Shown here: one piece after another, positions 52,101 to 62,900 of the stretch | Layout: every line of letters begins with the position of its first letter | How positions within the stretch are numbered: position 1 is the first letter of the stretch | The notes under the pieces: generated by a model | Seen by the model: the letters and a program-made list of their open reading frames with translations, nothing else | The model's database searches: none | What the model was told of the DNA's origin: nothing | Program-made: the position numbers and the translations under genes | Source: Bugula neritina | Taxonomy: Eukaryota; Animalia; Bryozoa | Direction of reading: 5' to 3' | NCBI GenBank assembly: GCA_964035545.1 | Contig: OZ037768.1 | Coordinates: 12,184,741 to 12,248,740 of the forward strand | Length of the DNA: 64,000 nucleotides

Positions 52101-55100
52101 AAATATGTACTATATTATGTACTAGTTTATTAATATCTAGGGTTACTGACATTGAGCTAACATTGTATTATAATACATGTAATATAGTTTGCAGTGTAAG
52201 GCAGTTAACATACTGGGTGTCAATTCACTAATTCTCAAATAACATAAGATTAAGGGAAAATCAGTTTATGGTTAGCCCACATGGGACTGCATACAATCTG
52301 AGAGATGTAAAGTTGACATTAATAATGTCCAACCTGTGCTATTAACAGATGTATTGAGAGTATTTGATGGTATTATGGTAACGCTAGTATTTTGTTATTG
52401 ATAATTGATTTAGTGCAATTAGCTAAAAGTACCTTATTTCACCAATATAATATTATTGTATGTTGCAGCAATATGTGTGGTTTCTCACTTGGACGCTTCC
52501 CACTTCCCAGTTCAAGGCTATATTTTTGGTACAATATATATAGTACTTAATATACCTATACATGCCTATATAGCTGTTGTATTGATTGCTAAACATGATC
52601 GAAATAATAATTAATATAAATTATCTGAAATAATATTCCAATTTGTGCGAGACAAAAAAACAGTAATACATTATCTTTAATGAATGTTTATAGTTTTTTA
52701 TAAAATATTTTTTAAGCAACAAGCAGTATAGAAAATGCAAAATTAATAAGTTAATACAGATCAAAGGAATTTATATATGTGCAATTGATCCAAATTTATT
52801 TAAATATTATACATATATTTCAATGATATTCAAATAAATTGCACATAAAATAAGTATATTCATATTGTATCAAAATAAATAAATAGCACCCATGTGGGAA
52901 GCTTCTAAGTGGGAATTTAGCCTAGCGTCTAACTGGGAAGCGTCTAATGGGATGACACCAAATGTGTTGGTTGTTATTTTGAAAATTTCGATAAAGGAAA
53001 TAAGAGTAATTCAAATCATTTCATTGACATGCAGTAATAGCATAAGCCATAATGGCATTAGCCATTTGGTTTTTTTTAATTTTATTTACTGCAGTATCAT
53101 TATCCTTTGCCTTGAGCCTGAATTTTTTTTGTAGAAATATTATTGTAACTTTTGTAAATCATTTTTGCGTATGTGGTTTCATACTGTGGTAGAATTAAAC
53201 GAGGTGAGGTGGTGCCCACATCCCACCTGCTTAGCCAAGGTTCAATAGGAAAGATAAATATAAGTAATATTAGTAGGATGGCATCCTACAGGTTCTATAA
53301 CACTTTCTACGCTTTGAAGTCTTGACTTACATAAGTCTATAAAATTGATATTTCATAATACTGACACATTATGATGTCTAAGAAGCGAATTTATATTGTT
53401 TAGCTGTGTGCTGAATAAATAGCATCAGGCTGTATAACTTTTATATCTAGTTCTTGTATTTCATTACCTGTTAAGATAATGTTTTGTTCTTCACTACTTG
53501 CAATAACAGTATTTCTATAATATTGTCAATAATCAATACCCACAATGCCTTTCTCTACGCCTGGCTGCTCGCGACAACCAGCAAATACCTACGCAGCTGC
53601 AAGTAATAACATTAGTACTGTGTTACAACGCTCAACAACCAGCGCTATCTTCGGCATATCGCTAGCAAAGGTAAGGCCGCTAATGTCTGTTATCTTCTAT
53701 GTCTACGTTTGCTTCTACACAGTACAGCACCTATCGTGTGTATTGAAATATTACAAGTTCGCTAAATGATCTGTTATGTAGTGCATTTTATAACCTGTAT
53801 TATATTTTAATTGCATTTTTTTAGAACTTAGTATGTCTGAGATTAAGCTAACTTATTTCAACACGAGAGGCAGGGCTGAGGTCACTCGACTGATATTCAC
53901 TCAGGCTCAGAGGAAGTTCATTGATAATCGTATTGATAGAGAAGAATGGGCAAAGATGAAGGATTGTAAGTATAGAACAGTTTTAGCTCAAATGTATGAT
54001 GTTTCTTTTGATATTTTTTGCAAGTCACATGTGTATTCATGCTATTTCATTCATGCAGAAAAAGTTTAATTATTGTATTGTTTACACTTTGTGCTGTTCC
54101 ATTTCTGCACGTCATTGTCCTATATTGTGCCGCGCCTGACTTCAGTAGTTCCATTCAATAGTCTTGCTAGTAAAACAGACCAAGTTCTGTAATTTATCTC
54201 ATAGCTGTGTGAGAAAATAGGCTGCTAACACGAAATTATCTATAAGCAGCTTCAATGTGGAGGTGATTGAGTGCAGTAGTTTAAGGTTTTGAACTTAGAG
54301 TTGGGGGTTTAAAGTTTCAACCTAAACCACCAACTCCAAACTCAAGAACCCAAAAATGCTGCACTCAGTCACCCCCAGGTCGGAGCTGCTTATAACTTTT
54401 TCTCAAGCTATATACGCCCTGATGTTACTGCTATGCTTTTAAAAAAAATTTTTTTTGTAGATTTTTTCAAACCTTTTGTTTATTTCATAAAAAATTCCTT
54501 TATGTTTCCTTATGTTTTGTTGGCTAGCAATTGGTCAAGTTATTTTACATTGCATGACGAAACATTTCACAACATGGATAATATATTAGTAATCTGTATG
54601 AAATTGTTGCATACATTATTTGCTAGTATTGCAATGTCTATTTATCACATAATTTTTTGTAAAACTGAGCGGTTCTGTTGCATCATTTTATATTACAACA
54701 TAGTTCTCCATAAATGTCTCAAACATTTAGCTTGAATTATACACACAGTGAAGGCTGCAGTGCTACATTTTGGTAATTATTTAAATTTTGAACTTGAAGA
54801 AAAAATTGCTTTCAGTGAGATGACGCACGACTGTGATGATCTACTAAAAATCGTGCTGTGTAGCTGTTTAAGAGCAATGTCAATAGTCTTGTTTTTATTG
54901 TGACATCCATCTAGAATGTCTGGTAAAGAGATTTATTTTAGACTAATTTAGCAGTACAGATAGCAATTGTCACGTTCTCTACTATTTTCTACACACTTTT
55001 ACCAGTTTCATGAATTTACTTGACTCTTACGTACTTTCATAGCAATTTACTGCCTAGAGTTTTCTCCACTTGACTTTGCAGCTCCTTTTACAGCTACAAT

Positions 55101-58100
55101 ACATTGCATTCTACAAATAAAGTGTTTCTGTAACACCACGTCCAACAAATTCAAATATTGTAATCACTACCTAATATTTTATTTGCTAGCATTACAATGC
55201 ATATTATCACATTGTAGTAGAATATGTATATAATATGTAAATGTTATTCACGCATGCAATCATATATATTTTTTATTTTACCTGTATGTTTAGGAATTTA
55301 GGTAACTCTATAATAAATATTGTCAATATGAATTTTAGCTACTCCGAAGGGACAACTCCCAGTGCTAGAAGTTGATGGTATGATGATATGTGAGAGTGCT
55401 GCCATAGCTAGATTCGCTGCCAGAGAGACAGGTAATTATATTCACACATGTATTCTACCTGCTTGTGTTTCTCTATTCAGCACATGCTATTGAAAACCTT
55501 TCTGTGTTTGTTTAGGACTGTATGGCAGCAACAATATGGAGGCAGCAATATGTGATATGGTTACCGACAGCATTGGTGAAGTGGCGCATGCTGCTCTCAA
55601 TAAGATGTTTTCAGCTAAGACAGAAGATGAAAAAGTATGTTTTTGTGCCTAATCAGACTTTGTTATATTGCTATATGATGTTTTAATAAAAGGCCAGTTT
55701 ATGTTGTTTTTTACTTTTTATGAACCAATAAACCAAGACAGTATTTGTAAGCTAGTATTTCAACAAGGAAATTTGACATGGCTAAACTTTTTTTGGCTTC
55801 CACTTCTTTTCAATTATTTTTCAACTTTTGTAGCATTCAGCCTTTTATTGTCACAAAATTTAAAGCCTGGGTGCCTAAAACATTGTTCAAAGCTAACAAT
55901 TTGAGGTTTTTAAACGAATCTTCAACTGATGCTTTCTTAAGGTTAAAATGGTTTTGCGCCAACTTCTGTCATTTTCTTCAACTAGCTCTAAAGTCATCAG
56001 CTGCAGCTGTATCAACACTAGTACCTTCTTCTTGTCTCCAAACTTCTTATGAGCTTTTTTTAAGTTTTTATGCCTTTTTGTTATAAGAATGCTGCGGATG
56101 AGAAGATTTATGAAAGTCTGAAACCACTGGAAAAGCTGGTAGCTCAGTACAAGAAGGGAACTTATGTCCTCGGTGACAAGGTTAGTATCTGCTCTGAGAG
56201 TTACTGGAGATATTTATGTAGTAGCCTACTCTATAAATGGACTCATTATAATATATATGATCTAACACTATGCTTATTGTTGATAGCAGTTTGCTAGTTT
56301 TTGGCAACTGCAAAATGGCACATTTTAGTAGTAACTCATTACATCACATGTTGCAATGTCGAAAAGTTGGATCATGCTAGCTGTGCTGTGCTGTTGCATA
56401 TTATTACTCTACTTGGTTTAAGATTTTTTTAGTTTAAACATAAGGTGCCACTAAAATAGCTTCGCAGCCATTACACTACATACCTCTTCTACGTTTTTGA
56501 CCGCTCTATGCTATGCCTTGTAGGTTGCTGCACCAGACATTTCACTCTATTCGGTTGTGGCATTCTGCACAGATGCTAACCCTGAGTTTAAGACGGACTC
56601 GATTCCTACTATAGCTGGAATTGCTAAGAGCTTCTCTGAACAGCCTCATATTGCCGCCTACTTGGCCAGCAGACCAAAGACTGAGCACTAATACTCTTGT
56701 TATACTTGTACCAATATAAAATACTAAATATAGAGTGATACTTATTATGACTTATTTTCTCTATGAACAGTTCTCCTAGTACAATAGAAGAGTGTAGTAC
56801 CGATCATATTTTTGTTCATCAATAAATAATAATTTCATGTAACACCAAGACTTATTCAAATCCAACTATAATAGGTAGAACCTAGTTAGTGCTTAGACAA
56901 ATACAATAGCCATATGTCAGCCTAACTTCTTAAATTTGGTTTGTGCCTTCAGTCAGAAATTCAATTTGGCCGAGTTGAAAATTTAATCGAGTTGCATTTG
57001 ATTTTCGATACTTTAATCGGCTAATTTCAGAATAACAATCAAAGGGAATGATAACTCATTGTATATCGTTATTCCTGTTTATGGTTATATTGGCTGCCTT
57101 TCTCAGTTATCGCTTTTATGCTGTCAACTCAGCTAATTCATTACATTTTCAAAGGGCGTCAAATAGCAAGTCATATCTTAATATTCAAAAGTGAGCTTCC
57201 ACATCGATATGATTTCAACGACTTTCAATAAAACTATAAAGGGGTAATCGGACGAGTGATTTTAACTGAAACTTTTTTTAGAAAAGTATAAACGCACTAT
57301 AATAACTGTGGCTGAAATATTATGCTCACAGTTGTGAAATATGTCTGCTGGTTGACAGTTCAAACTTTAGAGGTTTCCTCAAGTCCATTGCTATAAAAGG
57401 ATAAGGGAGTCGGGAATGACCTGAGCTCCTTTCAGCTAATATGCAGTCGGTGGGGCGAGGGGGGTGGGAGGTTAGATTTTATATATTTGTAACATATGTA
57501 TTTGAACCCTTTCAGTCACTGCCGTCTTACTTTTTATGGTTGCTGCAACAGTTTCTATATGGTTTACTGTGAATATTTTATTTTGTAAGAATGGAATAAT
57601 TAAATTAATTTATTGTGTTATTTCTAGATATTTAGGCAGATATTTATGCTGTGCAACATTGGTTGCGGTAGTTATGGTTTGTTCAATAAGTTATTGGGCA
57701 GGTTTTTCTAGAACAGAAAACGCTGTTTGGGAATGTGTTATGAAAGTTTTCAGTTGTCTGTCAATTTATAACATTGTTTGTACTTATCCATTAAATTTGC
57801 AGCCAGTTAGAAACTGCTCATACAATTTCCATGGTTTGATATGAAAGATTTAGATTTAGTCCATCTTAAGTGTTGCAGAGGCTTATTAAAAGCCATACTT
57901 TTATATTCTTAATTTCATATATCTTGACTTTTTCTTATATATTAGTCTGGAAACATTATGTTATTAGGTTGTTGTCTACTTTCTATGTTTTAGTGACTTT
58001 TAGTTGCAATGACAATCGTGCATATTAGTCATGGTTAGTCATTTGCATTGCTCGTTCTATTTGAGTTACACTATTGCTAGACCAAATTGGGTCATAAATA

Positions 58101-60749
58101 ATTAATCTTTTATACTTTTAGAAGGAATCGTCTGCCCAAGAGTCTGCCATATTTTGATGTTCCCAGTCAGCTGAGAAGCTGCATTCTGACAGATACTAAA
58201 GCCTTGAGTAGAAATTATCCGCTCCTAGAACAAGTAAGAGGGGCAAATTGTTTCTTATTTCAATATTTCTTATATCATAGTTTCTTACTTCAAATTTTAA
58301 GGTAACATAATTAAATATTATCTGAAATAATCAATGGTATGCTGGATATTGTAGCTAGAAGTTATATTTTAGTAGAGCGATCCATTAGTTTTATGATAGT
58401 AAATTAGGGTGGGCTGTAGGTTTAAATTTGTTTTATAAACCAGCTGCAACTTCTCATTATTTTACTTACTATGAAGTTTAGATGGTTTATTCTGATGATC
58501 ACTTTAGTTAAATCACATTCTAAACTTTTTTCCATAGTGTAGAATCAGAATGAGTTTTGATCATCATCACCATCATCATTCTATAAATTCAGAAAAATGT
58601 AGCCTATTGTGAATTTTATTTTGTATATTTTAATTTTGATTTAGCCTTTATCACAACAAAACTACACATCAAAGTTTTCTCTTCTGCTACATATTGAAGA
58701 AGTTAGGGCAGAAATAGAAATCCGAAAGTTTGATATTCCAGCTGTAGGTATTTTATTTTATTGGTAGTCAATAAATTGTATTTTGTAATAGTTAGTGGTT
58801 TCATGCAAACAAAAAATATTGACACCACTAAGGATTTTTGGAAGACACTTTAGCAGTAGAGTTACATTTTCAGTTTTTCAAAGCAGTTCTGCTTTTGATA
58901 AACCACAAAATTTCACAAACATTGGATGAGTTCAAACTCAGCCCTTTGTAAATAAAACCGTTTGATTTTTGTTCACTTTGTTTTTCATAATCACTCATGT
59001 GAATTTTTAGCATTTGGGCGTTCTGCATAAGTTGAGTACACTAGGATGTTTAAAAAAGAAGGTTTTTTTTCTCTGGCTATCACACAGTCATACAAAGAGA
59101 AAGGAAGAGGCTAAAAAAGCTGTAGTAATAAATAAATTATACTATTCCGAGCTTTTTATTAGATTAGCTTACTAAGATATAATTACAGCCACTTATCAGT
59201 GTTCCTTGACTGAAATTATTGCTAATAAAAATATGATTTCATTTTAATGACCATGAGTTGTGTTGCTATTACACTAATGTCATCAGATGTCAAATTTCCT
59301 GTACAGATTGATGCTGCAGTGTCCCACTGTTAAACTCTTTATCTTATTGAATACATCTTTGTTTGGTAAACCTATCTGGTGAGATCTTCCATACAGTTCA
59401 CCTTTTCAAAGCGTATTTTAAGGATATAATGTTAATACTAAGGTTATTAGGGTAGACTTTTTTAGTCAAAGCACAAGATTAGAAGATATAGAATATAGCA
59501 AAACAATATGAGTAAGGTAGCAATTTATTTTATTTCGTTGTATAATTTAAACAATCATCATTAATAGTCTTTTGAAAAAGTAACTCGACAGATTGTGAGT
59601 AGGAATTGTATGAAATCATTTAAAAAAATTCATTGTTGATAAATTTTTACTTAACATGAGTAACAGTAAGAATGCCTCCCCTTTTTGTTGTGTGCATCAA
59701 GTTGAAATTTGTAGCCCCTTTATTCTTTTTTGTCCATAAAAAATACAACTGCTTTAGGAAAGAGATTTACATGTTTCAAGGATGTTATTGTATTTTACTA
59801 ACTTTGTTGAATGTAAAAGCGTGGCTGGTGCAGTATTGCTGTACTGTAGTCACCATGTGTCTGTAGGCAGTGTTTGGTAGAAGTAAGGGTTATCTAACTC
59901 TAGAGGTACTTGGACTTCCTGATGGACAGCCAAACCTCATGGTTGGGGATAAACTCTCTGTTAGCATCAACAGTCACATGCAGCCAATAAAGTACGAGGG
60001 ATATATATATGAGGTATGCAAGCTGCTGTGATATTGCAGTAACCAGCTCTCCATTTCTAAAAATGTTCTTTCCATTAGAGTAGTTGTCTTCTCTTATTTA
60101 AAGATTTAATATGTTGGTCCAAAGTGCAAACAACTACAGTATGTAGACATGGTATTTGGTTTTAATGTGAATATTATAACATTATTTCAGATTATCTGTG
60201 ATAAGGTATACGCCAAGTTCCATTCATCATTCCATGATAGCTATAGTGAAGAGGAATGTTATGTAATATTTTACATTAGCAGGTAATAAATATATTTTGA
60301 GCAAGTGATTACAATGGAGTAGGTGACATTTTCATGTATTCCAACATAATGAGAGGAAAACTCTTGAAAGCTTCTGATTTTTTAAGACAGTATTGATGGT
60401 GTTAATACATTGTAGAACTGACGAAAATGTTTTTGTCAAAGTGGTATGTGTGCGTGCGTGTGTATATAAGTAATATCCCACGGGGTTGCCTCTTAAAACT
60501 AACATTCGAATGTAGAATAAATGATCTCTTTTTGTTATTTAAATTAATTGTTATCATAATGACATCCTTTTTAGATCTACTTTAGCCTCCCCGCATGTTA
60601 TAAATTGGTACGTTATGGCTTTACTGTTGATGGAGTTTAACGGATGTTCTTGGAATTTTCGTGTTCTAGAATGTGCATTTTATTCTTCAGAGTTCCGTTT
60701 AGACGAATGCATATGGCTGCTAAGATGATCACTCAAATGGAATGGCCAG
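25115..60749 (+). CDS. MOV10L1: RNA helicase MOV10L1 / Armitage ortholog (piRNA biogenesis), 5' part only (13 exons, ~621 aa); helicase core beyond the window
   Basis: Exons: 25115-25295, 32183-32319, 32984-33181, 34139-34244, 34815-35055, 35467-35559, 36224-36412, 37567-37776, 58122-58233, 58645-58743, 59867-60013, 60191-60282, 60691-60749. All GT-AG with phases in register. Peptides match MOV10L1 as I recall it: MFRIARVIINF; GRITHLYQDYGLIDGYIYFSKD; YVPMKGDLVTGTMIECDQ..WKHRAL (OB-fold repeats); LPKSLPYFDVPSQLRSCI; NYTSKFSLLLHIEE; LTLEVLGLPDGQPNLMVGDKL; YEGYIYE; RVPFRRMH. Confidence 0.9.
25320..25842. repeat. AT-rich degenerate (TAN)n low-complexity tract, resuming at 27238 to ~27800
   Basis: Periodicity of the type aatactaatactaatagtaatact/ttatacttatagt on both sides of the RTE insertion. 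Confidence 0.6.
25856..27224 (-). mobile_element. 5'-truncated RTE-clade LINE (RT domain and C-terminus) with a 13-bp TSD
   Basis: RT motifs GVRQGCLLSPTLFN, LRFADDID, FKYLGS, FLYACESWTL, LKWYGHVTR, GRRRGRQKKRW. The 3' tail is a short (ACAGGT)n. TSD atttgttactata at 25843-25855 and 27225-27237. There is an in-frame TGA after FADDID and a frameshift near 26930. Confidence 0.95.
28362..28795. mobile_element. MITE with ~35-bp imperfect TIRs
   Basis: aatagacccttttcagaagtcccc...cccc versus gggg...ggggacctctgaaaatggtctatt. Confidence 0.75.
29143..31700. mobile_element. ~2.6-kb non-autonomous DNA transposon with ~90-bp imperfect TIRs
   Basis: cacagttagtttaaggtca...gctttatgtt...gatagctcgaacag versus ctgttcgagctatc...aacataaagc...tgaccttaaactaactgtg. 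No transposase ORF inside. Confidence 0.7.
34281..34630. repeat. ~22-bp minisatellite (MOV10L1 intron 4)
   Basis: Unit ttgtgtatataggtatataaac with shorter variants. Confidence 0.95.
35564..35977. repeat. 11/17-bp compound minisatellite (MOV10L1 intron 6)
   Basis: cacatactagt and cacatacacatactagt units, starting directly at the GTGAGT donor. Confidence 0.95.
39725..39860 (+). promoter_or_regulatory. GST-1 promoter and non-coding exon 1: ARE-like motif, TGACGT, TATA, donor at 39861
   Basis: ATGACATTGCtaaatt (RTGACnnnGC plus AT tail) at 39725, tgacg+tatatatata at 39786-39800, Inr-like gcattc at ~39820, and ca|gtaagt donor. Matching acceptor at 40502. Confidence 0.6.
40511..43539 (+). CDS. Glutathione S-transferase, sigma class (GST-1), 200 aa, nested in MOV10L1 intron 8
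   Basis: Exons: 40511-40643, 41089-41181, 41437-41555, 42702-42794, 43375-43539. Motifs KLTYFNGRGRAE, EEWTKLKP, TPKGQLPILEVDG, GDQVSIADV, YLKARP. AATAAA at 43691. Confidence 0.93.
42130..42352. repeat. 28-bp minisatellite (~8 copies) in GST-1 intron 3
   Basis: catcaactctatctgca(g/a)a(t/c)a(at/gg)gtgt(g/a). Confidence 0.93.
44370..44920 (+). pseudogene. Truncated GST-2-like pseudogene (5' UTR exon and first coding exon 44708-44833 only)
   Basis: MTNYKVIYFNGRGRAKIICLTLTQA, then a 5-bp deletion and TGG>TAG relative to 48538-48670. Homology ends mid-intron at ~44920. Confidence 0.9.
45934..46141 (+). pseudogene. Inactivated duplicate of MOV10L1 exon 8
   Basis: The core is identical to ~37591-37710. 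The copy is 208 vs 210 nt, has a nonsense TAG at ~46107, and its donor is mutated GT>AT at 46142. Confidence 0.9.
46295..46369. repeat. Perfect 36-bp inverted repeat with a 3-nt loop
   Basis: aacttaaaattggaaagctcattttggatcgatctc-agc-gagatcgatccaaaatgagctttccaattttaagtt. Confidence 0.97.
46376..47100. mobile_element. Non-autonomous DNA element with GATCGATCT/CATGGAAA subterminal motifs; left end rearranged
   Basis: The motifs cluster at both ends, and the right end reads ctcagattgatccatggaaagccc. The element is absent from the paralogous copy at ~37975. Confidence 0.65.
47242..47304 (+). pseudogene. Remnant of a GST-1 paralog last exon, with 3' UTR homology continuing to ~47520
   Basis: KFVSQQHIEE*LKARPKIAF* versus GST-1 EFSSQSHIDEYLKARPESLF*. 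Downstream DNA aligns with 43540 onward, including AATAAA at 47450. Confidence 0.85.
48538..50160 (+). CDS. Glutathione S-transferase, sigma class (GST-2), 201 aa, nested in MOV10L1 intron 8
   Basis: Exons: 48538-48670, 48763-48855, 49370-49488, 49739-49831, 49993-50160. Motifs YKVIYFNGRGRAE, TPKGQLPVLEIDG, GDQASIADI, YVSARPETTF. UTR-exon donor at 48259, AATAAA at 50386. Confidence 0.93.
50986..51257. mobile_element. MITE with ~65-bp imperfect TIRs
   Basis: ccccctagacacactttgcc...gtaggc...gtaaaatggcagccatttt versus aaaatggctgacattttac...gcctac...ggcaaagtgtgtctaggggg. Confidence 0.85.
52478..52960. mobile_element. Probable MITE with an AT-rich interior
   Basis: cacttggacgcttcccac on the left versus gtgggaagcttctaagtgg and ctgggaagcgtctaatggg on the right. 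Confidence 0.6.
53833..56691 (+). CDS. Glutathione S-transferase, sigma class (GST-3), 201 aa, nested in MOV10L1 intron 8
   Basis: Exons: 53833-53965, 55339-55431, 55516-55634, 56088-56180, 56524-56691. Motifs KLTYFNTRGRAE, TPKGQLPVLEVDG, YVLGDK, YLASRPKTEH. Exon sizes (133/93/119/93/168) equal those of GST-2. UTR-exon donor at 53671, AATAAA at 56821. Confidence 0.93.
54241..54393. mobile_element. Short hairpin MITE in GST-3 intron 1
   Basis: tataagcagcttc...ggtgattgagtgcag versus ctgcactcagtcacc...ggagctgcttata. Confidence 0.7.
56955..57297. mobile_element. Diverged, left-truncated copy of the 14328-14776 MITE
   Basis: Shared blocks: ttcaatttggccg.gttgaaa, ttatcgcttttatgct, atatgatttcaacga, actataaagggta, gtataaacgca. 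Confidence 0.8.
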
Positions 60750-62753
60750 GTTAGTAGTCTGCATGTACCCAGGCAGTGGTAGTTCTACCTACAGAATAGT
60801 GCATGAATCAAAATTTTACATTCTGTTTTGATTCTCACCAGTCAATTTAAATTTAAGGTGTAACTTGGTTCATATCCTCAGATTGTTCTAACTCTCTATC
60901 GAACCCTTACTAGTAAAGCTGATTTATCGACCAAAAATATAATTCTTCAAGTCAGTTGTTAGCTCCTTGCTTGTGGACTTTTAACAAGCAGTACTTCATA
61001 AAATAGGGCAGTTTGGGAAACAAACCAACTTTCCAAACATATTTGAGAAGTTACATAAGAGTAGTAGTAGAAACTATTATATTTTAGTACGTTGGATTTA
61101 CTTAACACAGGCCTTTCCTAGGGTGAGAAGGGGGAGGGGCAGTCACAACATTATAATGCTTCTAGTGCAACTTTTTTGCTATAAAGCATATTTTTTGCTT
61201 GCAGTACCAGATACTATTTTTCAGTTTAAAAGGAGATTTTTATACCTAAAACATTAGAAAATGTGTTGGCGGTCCAGAATTGGCTCATATTTAATTTCCA
61301 GATTTTACAAGAAACAGTTATTGGTTATATATAAATAATTTAAAGCTGCGTTAGACACACTTTGGCTAAATAGGTGACAACTCCAAGTACAAAATGTAAT
61401 GTTTAATTGTTGACACAAATATATGAACAACTATCAGACTTCCAAAGCTGGTAATGAAATGAAACTAATCAAAATTACTTATCTTTATAGAAATGAATGT
61501 TTAAATTTTAATGACCACAGGCCTTTTTCAATATTGCCAATCCCAACAATAATATTTTGGAAAGAGTTGCTAATCAACAGTTTTAATCGTACCCTTCCCT
61601 TTTATTTTCTTCAAATAACTTTGATAGTCTATGACAAGCTTGCTATTATAGAAAAACTACTTCAGGATAATTGTTACAATATATAGTTTTTCTATCTCTA
61701 CTATTATATTACGGTGTGCTGTACTTATCCGTTCAATGATTCTGTTTGAATGAAACATCAATTGAGGTAAATTGGGGGGCTGCTGACAAAAAACATCTTG
61801 TAATTTTTCAGAAAAAAAATTGCATGCTAGGAAATTCACAGAGTTTATAAGAGCATGCATGACTCATGCTGAAATAACTGTTTCTCAAATTACTGTAGTT
61901 AACTCTGATACAAATAAACTTGTTTTTGCTTATCTTTATGCTGTCACTAGTTTAATTTTCTTGAAATTTACTAAATATGTTATAAATACTGGGTCAGCAA
62001 AGGCTTCTTTAGTATACAATGGGAGGAATTTAGCAATCAGTAGAATGAAAAACAAACACAGTGCAACAACCAAAAGTGAAAAGGTACCGGTCATGTGACA
62101 TTACATTATATTCAAACTATAATATTTTTCTAGAGTTTATTTATTTAGAGTTGTCTTACATTGGGATAAGACAACTTACCCTAACAGTTTTTTTTGAAAA
62201 GTGTGACTTTATTGGATCTAGCTTAAACGAGTCATTAGCACTTTTCTTCCCTTTTTAGATGACAATAAATACCGCTAGAATTAAAAGTTCAAGAAAAATG
62301 GTGCTATTTAATTGTATTTAAAGCTATCACCATTTTAAACATTTGTTATTTCATATTTCTATATATATGAATAGTTTAATGATGAAAATACACGTGAAGT
62401 AAATAGTAAAAACCCTACCCGGACGAGTTTAATAGCACAATAATAAATACTCGTAGTAAATTTTAGGCTTATCTGTTCATAAACTCTTGAAGAAATTTTT
62501 TGCTACAATAAACTGACTGAAACTATCTTATACATAAAGCTATTTGTAATAATTATTGATTTTTAATAAAAATGTTACTACCATTTAGTTTTCCCTAGCG
62601 TTTCGTACAAGAATTAATATTTCATAGACTGAATATTAATTACAATTTATGCACTCTCTTTTGCACTTCACGTGTGTAAAAGCAATGCTTATTCAACTAT
62701 TGTTATGGTCTAGTTTATCTAAGCTGTGGTTGGTTGAAATATTTGCTACGCTT

Positions 62754-62830
62754 CTGATTGGCTAGTCTTACAGAGTAGGTCGCTATAGTCCCAGGGTATA
62801 AATAAACTGCAAGCTGCAGGCACTTCATTG
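62754..62830 (+). promoter_or_regulatory. CCAAT (reverse) - TATA - Inr promoter of the 4-TM gene
   Basis: ctgattggct at ~62754, TATAAATA at 62797, and TCATTG Inr at 62825 with its A 30 nt after the TATA start. Confidence 0.7.
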
Positions 62831-62900
62831 ACCCGACATCTACAGCTTAGCTGCTACATTCTATAGATCTGTTCACTGGTTACTTGTTCACTCATCAACT

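Noticed and set aside
53545-53769. 74-aa ORF upstream of GST-3 as an N-terminal extension
   Set aside because: Splicing at 53670 to the GST-3 acceptors is out of frame with the GST ATG. It is more likely promoter and 5' UTR exon.
51032-57844. Short ORFs at 51032, 52892, 54433, 55668, 55778 and 57536
   Set aside because: They lie in MITEs or AT-rich intron sequence, with no motifs or splice support.
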